Shown here one piece after another: positions 26,231 to 34,207 of a stretch of 64,000 bases of DNA (positions are counted from its first letter, which is position 1; each line of letters opens with the position of its first letter). The translations under genes were made by a program, and so were the position numbers. This DNA is from Escherichia coli (lineage in GTDB: Bacteria; Pseudomonadota; Gammaproteobacteria; Enterobacterales; Enterobacteriaceae). The stretch is taken from NCBI RefSeq assembly GCF_003334815.1, contig NZ_QOWO01000006.1; one strand, 5' to 3'. The notes under the pieces are model-generated. The model was not told the DNA's origin. It saw only the letters and a program-made list of their open reading frames with translations, and did no database searches.

Positions 26231-28249
26231 TTAGACGGCAATAGCGATTAGCAGCACAACCAGTGCGGCGACCACATACAGGCAATAGAGACGAAAGTCG
26301 CCGCTTTGCAGATGCTGTATTTCTTTGGCCAGCCGTTGGGTGGCGCTCACGATGGGGCGGATCACCCGCTCATCCCAGAAGGGTTCTGTGCTCTGAGCCC
26401 TGGCGGTGACGTGCGCAAGACCTTTATTTAGCCTCAGCGTAGGGTCGAGCTGTTGTCGTAGACGAAATAGCGCAGAAAAGACCACACGCAGCGGCTGCAT
26501 CACGCCATTGCCTGACGGGGCCATCGCATTTTCCCAGCCGTAGCCGCATGCCCAGGCATCTCCTGTGCGACGAAACGCTGCGCGGCGCGAACGACACCAC
26601 AGCCAGTAAAGGCCAGGCAGCAAAGGCATCGCCAGTAGTAACAGCAACAGTAATGAGGGGGTGACCTGTGTATGAAACGTGCCGGGTACAAGTGCTATTC
26701 CGCTGGCGACAGTGGCGGGAGGGGTATTGGTAAACGCATGGGCAATATGCATTATCTTCGGTGCCAGCCAACTGGCACTAAGCGCAATTAATACGCAGAG
26801 TGCCGCGAGCAGTAGCATGGCGACGATCATCGTATTTGGCACTTCCTGTGCCTCTTCAGCGTGTGTACTGCGCGGCGCACCACAGAAAGTAATACCGTAC
26901 ATTTTTACGAAGCACATTACTGCCAGCCCACCAGTGACTGCCAGCATTACCATAGCAATAGGACCCGCAAGTTGTAGCGCTACGGCTTCCACACGACTTA
27001 GTGAGAACAGCGACTGCCAGGTGTACCATTCGCTGATAAAACCATTCAGCGGAGGAATGGCTGATATCGCGAGGCAACCAATCAGGCATGCTGCGGCTGT
27101 CCACGGCATCCGTTTCGCTAGTGCCCCCATTTTTTCCATGTCGTGGGTATGCAAACGCGAAATAATCGCTCCCGCGCCGAGAAATAGCAGCCCTTTGAAC
27201 AGCGCATGGTTGAGCAGATGAAACAGTGCGCCGAGCAGTCCAACCACGGTGAGCAGCGGGTCGTGCAGTGACAGACCGACCATCGCCACACCGACTGCCA
27301 GCAAAATAATGCCGACGTTTTCGACGGTACTCCAGGCCAGCAGCCGTTTGATATCCTGTTCCGCCAGCGCATATAGCACGCCCAGGAGCGCGGAGATTGC
27401 GCCGATCGCCATCACCAGAATGCCCCACCACAGAGGCAAACCCGTTTGCGCCAGCAGATCCATCGCTACTTTCAGGATGCCGAAAATACCTATTTTGACC
27501 ATTACGCCAGACATCAACGCCGAAGCGTGCGATGGTGCGGCAGGGTGAGCGCGCGGCAACCAGCTGTGCAACGGCATCATCCCGGCTTTCGCGCCAAAAC
27601 CGAAAAAGGCCAGCAGGAACACCGCCGACGCCAGCCCCGGAGAAAGTGAAAGCGTGCGGAAACTGGCAAAATCGAGGCTGCCGCTTTCGCGCCCCATCAG
27701 CAAGAAGGCGATCATTATCAGCACCGATCCGGCGTGGGCGATAAAAAAGTAGAGCATGCCAGCGTTGATCGACGTTTTATCCTGCCTGGCAATGACCAGA
27801 AACCAGGAAGACAGCGACATCATTTCAAACAGCACGATGAACCAAAAAGCGTTGTCCATCACCAGCAGGGCAACCATCGATGCGATGAAAATATTCATAA
27901 AGAAGCCCATCGCCGCCGCGCCTTTGCCCTCGTATTCGCGCATATAAGTCAATGAATAGAGAGAACAAACCACCACCAGCAAGGAGATAACCAGCACCAT
28001 AAATGCCGAGAGGCTATCCATTCGCAGGGTTAAATCGGCAAATTCAAAAGGGGTGGCAAAACGGGCGACTAAAGTTACACCAGCATGTAATTGCGTAATT
28101 CCGCTGATGATGCCAATCACGCCGCCCACCAGCGATGTGATGCCGGAAAGCTTAATAGCCAGTCTGTCCAGACCGAGTAAAAACAGCGAAGCCAGACTAG
28201 CAAACAGATAGAGAATCAGCGACCAGGTTAATAATTGCAGGGCATCCAT
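26231..28249 (-). CDS. hyfB: Hydrogenase-4 membrane subunit HyfB (NuoL/M/N antiporter-like)
   Basis: 672 aa polytopic membrane ORF. Confidence 0.93.
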   Translation of the reverse strand: MDALQLLTWSLILYLFASLASLFLLGLDRLAIKLSGITSLVGGVIGIISGITQLHAGVTLVARFATPFEFADLTLRMDSLSAFMVLVISLLVVVCSLYSLTYMREYEGKGAAAMGFFMNIFIASMVALLVMDNAFWFIVLFEMMSLSSWFLVIARQDKTSINAGMLYFFIAHAGSVLIMIAFLLMGRESGSLDFASFRTLSLSPGLASAVFLLAFFGFGAKAGMMPLHSWLPRAHPAAPSHASALMSGVMVKIGIFGILKVAMDLLAQTGLPLWWGILVMAIGAISALLGVLYALAEQDIKRLLAWSTVENVGIILLAVGVAMVGLSLHDPLLTVVGLLGALFHLLNHALFKGLLFLGAGAIISRLHTHDMEKMGALAKRMPWTAAACLIGCLAISAIPPLNGFISEWYTWQSLFSLSRVEAVALQLAGPIAMVMLAVTGGLAVMCFVKMYGITFCGAPRSTHAEEAQEVPNTMIVAMLLLAALCVLIALSASWLAPKIMHIAHAFTNTPPATVASGIALVPGTFHTQVTPSLLLLLLLAMPLLPGLYWLWCRSRRAAFRRTGDAWACGYGWENAMAPSGNGVMQPLRVVFSALFRLRQQLDPTLRLNKGLAHVTARAQSTEPFWDERVIRPIVSATQRLAKEIQHLQSGDFRLYCLYVVAALVVLLIAIAV

Positions 28250-28866
28250 TAGCGTTGCTCCTGAGTGAGGGAAAGGGGATCCTCCCCGCCATTGGCAAAC
28301 CAGCTTGCGGCAAGGCGCTGTTTTTCTTTCATCTGACGTTGCAGGCTATCACCGGTGATCAGCCGTAACGCCTGATTCGGGCAAGCGCGAACGCAGGCCG
28401 GACCTTCTGGCAAGAAATCACACAGGTCGCATTTCACCGCGACGGTCTGGACACCAGGTTCCCAGCGCAGCAAAGCATGTTGTGTTGGCGCGTTTTCTTC
28501 GCCGTCTTTGAGTGAGCCTTCAGCCTGAAAAACATATTGCGCATGGGCATTCACCGGACGGCTTCCTGAAGCGCTGATTGCGCCAAATGGGCAGACCACG
28601 GCGCAAAGCTTGCAGCCAATACAGAGGCTTTCGTTGAGTTGGATCGCATCATCCCTCTGAGAGATGGCATTGACCGGGCAGACCTGCAGGCAAGGGGCTT
28701 CCTCACAGTGATGACACACGACAGGGGCAGTGATTGTTGACGTCTTCGCCAGGGCCAGGCGCGGGTGTTGCTGTAAACCTTGCGTTTTATGCACGTCCGA
28801 ACAGGCAGCGAGACAGGTATTACATCCTGTACACCACAGTGGTTCGGCCACCACAAAGCGGTTCAT
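28249..28866 (-). CDS. hyfA: Hydrogenase-4 Fe-S subunit HyfA (4x[4Fe-4S] ferredoxin)
   Basis: Track ORF 28249..28905; start taken at ATG 28866 (MNRFVVAEPLWCTGCNTCLAACS...) giving 205 aa; AAGGAG 8 nt upstream. Confidence 0.9.
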   Translation of the reverse strand: MNRFVVAEPLWCTGCNTCLAACSDVHKTQGLQQHPRLALAKTSTITAPVVCHHCEEAPCLQVCPVNAISQRDDAIQLNESLCIGCKLCAVVCPFGAISASGSRPVNAHAQYVFQAEGSLKDGEENAPTQHALLRWEPGVQTVAVKCDLCDFLPEGPACVRACPNQALRLITGDSLQRQMKEKQRLAASWFANGGEDPLSLTQEQR

Positions 28867-28906
28867 GTCGGCTCCTTGAAAATGATATGAAACATTGCAT
28901 TTCATA

Positions 28907-28923
28907 TTGCATAAAGGATGCCA
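28907..28923 (-). promoter_or_regulatory. Sigma54 (-24/-12) promoter of the hyf operon
   Basis: Minus strand reads TGGCAT-CCTTT-ATGCA (consensus TGGCAC-N5-TTGCA; GG and GC correctly spaced, 2 mismatches), 41-57 nt upstream of the hyfA ATG; HyfR (sigma54 activator) is encoded in the same cluster. Confidence 0.6.
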
Positions 28924-29048
28924 TTCTGATTAACTCAATATATTCAATAAGTTATGTATTAACTGGATTCTGAACGGTACAAAAATGATGGTCATTAACG
29001 TTCAGCAAAAAATGGATTCGACACCCGTGTCGCAGGGGAAAGCGAGAA

Positions 29049-29064
29049 TGTGATCTTGATCACG
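29049..29064. promoter_or_regulatory. CRP-like palindrome TGTGATC-TT-GATCACg upstream of hyf promoter
   Basis: TGTGA-N6-TCAC arrangement, near-perfect dyad, ~185 bp upstream of hyfA ATG in the bcp-hyfA intergenic region. Confidence 0.4.
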
Positions 29065-29118
29065 AGAAGTGAGGTATGCTGGCCGCAAGCGCAGCCAGCA
29101 CGGAATGGAGCAAAGTAA

Positions 29119-29589
29119 TCAGGCGTGTTCTTTCAGCCAGTTCAGCACAACGTCGTGGTGATTGCTGGTTTTGAAATCGTCAAAGACATGTTCGATTTTG
29201 CCATCAGCGTCAATCAGGAAGCTGATGCGATGAATGCCATCGTAGGTTTTGCCCATGAAGGACTTTTCACCCCAGACGCCGAATTGTTCGCACACCTGGT
29301 GGTCCTCATCAGACAGGAGCGTAAAGTTAAGCAGCTCTTTTTCCGCAAAACGGGAGAGTTTTTCGGGTTTATCGGTGCTGATACCCAGCACATCAACGCC
29401 CGCTTTTTTCAACTCATCCATGTTATCGCGTAAGCCGCAGGCCTGTACGGTACAGCCGGGGGTCATGGCTTTCGGGTAGAAATAAACCAGAACACGCTGT
29501 CCCTGGAAGTCGGTCAAATTAACTTGTTCTCCGTCTTGATCCGGCAAGCTAAATTTCGGTGCGATATCACCGGCTTTCAGTGGATTCAT
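29119..29589 (-). CDS. bcp: Thiol peroxidase Bcp (peroxiredoxin)
   Basis: 156 aa, MNPLKAGDIAPKFSLPDQDGEQVNL...FYPKAMTPGCTVQAC (peroxidatic Cys). Confidence 0.95.
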   Translation of the reverse strand: MNPLKAGDIAPKFSLPDQDGEQVNLTDFQGQRVLVYFYPKAMTPGCTVQACGLRDNMDELKKAGVDVLGISTDKPEKLSRFAEKELLNFTLLSDEDHQVCEQFGVWGEKSFMGKTYDGIHRISFLIDADGKIEHVFDDFKTSNHHDVVLNWLKEHA

Positions 29590-30161
29590 TACTTAACTCC
29601 ATCCTGTTCATCATGTTGGGAATAATTGACGACGTTAATACTGCCTTGTGCATTGAGTTCTGTACATAGGGCTTTGAACGCTTGCTCAATATTTGCTGCG
29701 TCCGCAGATGCGGGGCTGTGGGCGGTTATCTGAATATGCAACTGCGCAGCCCGTTCATTTTCAGCAGGTTGCGTGCGCGACACCAGCTCCGCAATGTTCA
29801 TATGATGCGCGTCGAAAAGTGCTGTGAAGCGTTCAATTAAATGCGGGGAGTCTGCCACATCGACCTGAACCCAGACAGATGCTGGCATTGGCGGACGCGG
29901 ACGCGCCGTCGTGCGCTTCATCACGATTAAAAGATCCAGTTCGGCACCTTTCAACGGTAACGTTGATTCAATCAGAGTAATGGCATTCCATGAACCGGAA
30001 AGCAGCATAATAAACGTGAACTCTTCTCCCAGCATCGCCAGGCGACTGTCTTCAATATTACAGCCGCAACTACTGACATGACGGGTGATGGTGTTCACAA
30101 TTCCAGGGCGATCGGCACCCAACGCAGTGATCACCAGATAATGTTGCGATGACAGTGTCAA
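29589..30161 (-). CDS. gcvR: Glycine cleavage system transcriptional repressor GcvR; TTG start
   Basis: Track ORF 29589..30227; start assigned to TTG at 30161-30159 giving (M)TLSSQHYLVITALGADRPGIVN..., 190 aa; stop TAA overlaps bcp ATG as TAATG. Confidence 0.85.
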   Translation of the reverse strand: MTLSSQHYLVITALGADRPGIVNTITRHVSSCGCNIEDSRLAMLGEEFTFIMLLSGSWNAITLIESTLPLKGAELDLLIVMKRTTARPRPPMPASVWVQVDVADSPHLIERFTALFDAHHMNIAELVSRTQPAENERAAQLHIQITAHSPASADAANIEQAFKALCTELNAQGSINVVNYSQHDEQDGVK

Positions 30162-30306
30162 ACTGGTTATTCCTTTAAGGGGTGAGTTGTTCTTAAGGAA
30201 AGCATAAAAAAAACATGCATACAACAATCAGAACGGTTCTGTCTGCTTGCTTTTAATGCCATACCAAACGTACCATTGAGACACTTGTTTGCACAGAGGA
30301 TGGCCC

Positions 30307-31185
30307 ATGTTCACGGGAAGTATTGTCGCGATTGTTACTCCGATGGATGAAAAAGGTAATGTCTGTCGGGCTAGCTTGAAAAAACTGATTGATTATCATG
30401 TCGCCAGCGGTACTTCGGCGATCGTTTCTGTTGGCACCACTGGCGAGTCCGCTACCTTAAATCATGACGAACATGCTGATGTGGTGATGATGACGCTGGA
30501 TCTGGCTGATGGGCGCATTCCGGTAATTGCCGGGACCGGCGCTAACGCTACTGCGGAAGCCATTAGCCTGACGCAGCGCTTCAATGACAGTGGTATCGTC
30601 GGCTGCCTGACGGTAACCCCTTACTACAATCGTCCGTCGCAAGAAGGTTTGTATCAGCATTTCAAAGCCATCGCTGAGCATACTGACCTGCCGCAAATTC
30701 TGTATAATGTGCCGTCCCGTACTGGCTGCGATCTGCTCCCGGAAACGGTGGGCCGTCTGGCGAAAGTAAAAAATATTATCGGAATCAAAGAGGCAACAGG
30801 GAACTTAACGCGTGTAAACCAGATCAAAGAGCTGGTTTCAGATGATTTTGTTCTGCTGAGCGGCGATGATGCGAGCGCGCTGGACTTCATGCAATTGGGC
30901 GGTCATGGGGTTATTTCCGTTACGGCTAACGTCGCAGCGCGTGATATGGCCCAGATGTGCAAACTGGCAGCAGAAGGGCATTTTGCCGAGGCACGCGTTA
31001 TTAATCAGCGTCTGATGCCATTACACAACAAACTATTTGTCGAACCCAATCCAATCCCGGTGAAATGGGCATGTAAGGAACTGGGTCTTGTGGCGACCGA
31101 TACGCTGCGCCTGCCAATGACACCAATCACCGACAGTGGTCGTGAGACGGTCAGAGCGGCGCTTAAGCATGCCGGTTTGCTGTAA
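30307..31185 (+). CDS. dapA: 4-hydroxy-tetrahydrodipicolinate synthase
   Basis: ATG 30307, [19 protein letters not shown]..., 292 aa. Confidence 0.95.
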
Positions 31186-31201
31186 AGTTTAGGGAGATTT
31201 G

Positions 31202-32236
31202 ATGGCTTACTCTGTTCAAAAGTCGCGCCTGGCAAAGGTTGCGGGTGTTTCGCTTGTTTTATTACTCGCTGCCTGTAGTTCTGACTCACGCTATAAGCGT
31301 CAGGTCAGTGGTGATGAAGCCTACCTGGAAGCGGCACCGCTTGCGGAGCTTCATGCCCCGGCTGGAATGATTTTGCCGGTGACCTCCGGTGATTATGCAA
31401 TCCCGGTGACCAACGGTAGTGGTGCTGTCGGTAAGGCGCTGGACATTCGTCCACCAGCCCAGCCGCTGGCACTGGTTTCTGGCGCGCGTACCCAGTTCAC
31501 GGGCGATACCGCTTCATTGCTGGTGGAAAATGGTCGTGGCAATACTCTGTGGCCGCAGGTGGTTAGCGTGCTGCAGGCGAAAAACTACACCATCACCCAA
31601 CGTGATGATGCTGGTCAGACACTGACCACCGATTGGGTACAATGGAACCGTCTGGACGAAGACGAGCAGTATCGTGGTCGTTATCAAATCTCTGTTAAGC
31701 CGCAGGGTTATCAGCAGGCGGTTACGGTTAAACTGCTGAACCTGGAACAGGCGGGCAAACCGGTTGCAGACGCGGCTTCCATGCAGCGTTACAGCACGGA
31801 GATGATGAACGTTATTTCCGCCGGTCTGGATAAATCTGCCACTGACGCCGCGAACGCTGCGCAAAATCGTGCCTCCACCACTATGGACGTACAAAGTGCA
31901 GCTGATGACACCGGTTTACCAATGCTGGTCGTACGCGGGCCGTTCAATGTGGTTTGGCAACGTCTGCCAGCGGCGCTGGAAAAAGTGGGCATGAAAGTGA
32001 CCGACAGCACCCGTTCGCAGGGCAACATGGCCGTAACTTATAAGCCGCTGTCTGACAGCGACTGGCAGGAACTGGGCGCGAGCGATCCAGGCCTGGCATC
32101 CGGTGACTATAAACTGCAGGTTGGCGATTTAGATAACCGCAGCAGCCTACAGTTCATCGATCCGAAAGGTCATACTCTGACTCAGAGTCAGAACGACGCG
32201 CTGGTAGCTGTCTTCCAGGCTGCGTTTAGCAAGTAA
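31202..32236 (+). CDS. bamC: Outer-membrane protein assembly lipoprotein BamC (NlpB)
   Basis: ATG 31202 preceded by AGGGAG; [27 protein letters not shown] (lipobox LAAC), 344 aa. Confidence 0.93.
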
Positions 32237-32243
32237 AAATACA

Positions 32244-32270
32244 GGGCTGGAATCATCCGGCCCTTTTTTC
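32244..32270 (+). terminator. Rho-independent terminator after bamC
   Basis: GGGCTGG-aatcat-CCGGCCC followed by TTTTTT, 8 nt after the bamC stop. Confidence 0.65.
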
Positions 32271-32279
32271 TGATATGAT

Positions 32280-32295
32280 ACGCAAACGTGTGCGT
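32280..32295. promoter_or_regulatory. PurR operator (PUR box) of purC
   Basis: ACGCAAACGTGTGCGT, 15/16 match to the palindromic PUR box ACGCAAACGTTTGCGT, ~155 bp upstream of the purC ATG. Confidence 0.65.
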
Positions 32296-32340
32296 CTGCA
32301 GGAAAACGCGATTTTAGCGGTAATTCGCACGAAATTTGTT

Positions 32341-32385
<45 letters not shown>

Positions 32386-32448
32386 ACATCCGGCACACCA
32401 GACAGCAAAAGATTTTAAAACGTTAATTCACACCCAGGAGTGATAAAG

Positions 32449-33162
32449 ATGCAAAAGCAAGCTGAGTTGTATCGTGGTAAAGCGAAAACCGTATACAGCA
32501 CGGAAAACCCGGACCTGTTGGTGCTCGAATTCCGCAATGATACGTCAGCAGGGGATGGCGCGCGCATTGAGCAGTTTGATCGCAAAGGTATGGTGAACAA
32601 CAAGTTCAACTACTTCATTATGAGCAAACTGGCTGAAGCGGGTATCCCGACTCAAATGGAGCGTCTGCTCTCCGATACCGAATGTCTGGTGAAAAAGCTG
32701 GATATGGTGCCGGTTGAGTGTGTCGTGCGTAACCGTGCTGCTGGCTCTCTGGTGAAACGTCTTGGAATCGAAGAAGGTATTGAGCTGAACCCGCCGCTGT
32801 TCGATCTGTTCCTGAAAAACGACGCCATGCACGATCCGATGGTCAACGAATCTTACTGCGAAACCTTTGGCTGGGTGAGCAAAGAGAACCTGGCGCGTAT
32901 GAAAGAGCTGACCTACAAAGCGAACGACGTGCTGAAAAAACTGTTCGATGATGCTGGTCTGATTCTGGTCGACTTCAAGCTGGAATTTGGTCTGTACAAA
33001 GGCGAAGTGGTACTGGGTGATGAGTTCTCCCCGGACGGTAGCCGCCTGTGGGACAAAGAAACGCTGGAGAAAATGGACAAAGACCGTTTCCGCCAGAGCC
33101 TCGGTGGCCTGATCGAAGCCTATGAAGCCGTCGCCCGCCGCCTGGGTGTACAGCTGGACTGA
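32449..33162 (+). CDS. purC: SAICAR synthetase
   Basis: ATG 32449, [28 protein letters not shown]..., 237 aa. Confidence 0.95.
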
Positions 33163-33329
33163 TTTTTCTGTTCATCATCTTGCCGTGCAGCTGGCACGGC
33201 AAGACAACCGCTCTCGGAATATATGCATTGAACGCTCATTCCTCCGCCATTTCATCCCGCTTTCCTGTGGTAATCTTCCTCTGAACCACCTACGATCATT
33301 TCTATAATGAATATATTGTTGAGGTATCT

Positions 33330-34193
33330 ATGCGTTGGCAAGGGCGACGTGAAAGTGACAATGTTGAAGACAGGCGCAACAGCTCTGGTGGTCCATCTAT
33401 GGGCGGTCCCGGTTTTCGCCTGCCAAGCGGTAAAGGCGGGCTGATTTTACTGATAGTCGTGCTGGTTGCAGGCTACTATGGTGTTGATTTAACCGGGTTG
33501 ATGACCGGGCAGCCGGTTTCCCAACAACAATCAACGCGGTCAATTAGCCCAAATGAAGACGAAGCCGCAAAATTCACCTCGGTGATTCTGGCAACCACGG
33601 AAGACACCTGGGGACAACAGTTCGAGAAGATGGGTAAGACCTATCAGCAACCGAAGCTGGTCATGTACCGTGGAATGACGCGTACCGGCTGCGGGGCGGG
33701 CCAGTCCATAATGGGGCCGTTCTATTGCCCGGCGGATGGCACGGTTTATATCGATCTCTCCTTCTATGATGACATGAAAGACAAACTTGGCGCGGATGGC
33801 GATTTTGCCCAGGGGTACGTTATCGCCCATGAAGTCGGTCATCATGTGCAGAAACTGTTAGGCATCGAGCCGAAAGTTCGTCAACTGCAACAAAACGCGA
33901 CGCAGGCGGAAGTAAACCGCTTATCTGTGCGTATGGAACTCCAGGCCGACTGTTTTGCCGGTGTCTGGGGGCATAGTATGCAGCAGCAAGGCGTTCTGGA
34001 AACCGGCGATCTGGAAGAGGCGCTGAACGCGGCGCAGGCCATCGGCGATGACCGTTTACAACAGCAAAGTCAGGGGCGAGTAGTACCAGACAGTTTCACT
34101 CATGGCACTTCTCAGCAACGCTACAGCTGGTTTAAACGTGGTTTCGACAGCGGCGATCCGGCACAATGCAATACTTTTGGTAAAAGCATTTAA
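33330..34193 (+). CDS. ypfJ: Putative zinc metallopeptidase YpfJ (HExxH; function unknown)
   Basis: 287 aa; N-terminal TM helix ([16 protein letters not shown]); HExxH in [10 protein letters not shown]. Confidence 0.9.
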
Positions 34194-34207
34194 CTTCCGG
34201 GGCAGGG

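Noticed and set aside
16082-28973. Numerous 60-250 aa plus-strand ORFs across the hyf cluster (e.g. 20150..20734, 25343..25894, 26679..27221)
   Set aside because: All are antisense to contiguous, overlapping hyf genes that leave no untranslated space.
33179-33203. Hairpin CTTGCCGTGCAGCTGGCACGGCAAG after purC as a terminator or sigma54 site
   Set aside because: No U-tract follows, so it is not a convincing intrinsic terminator; contains TGGCAC but has no TTGC element at the right spacing.
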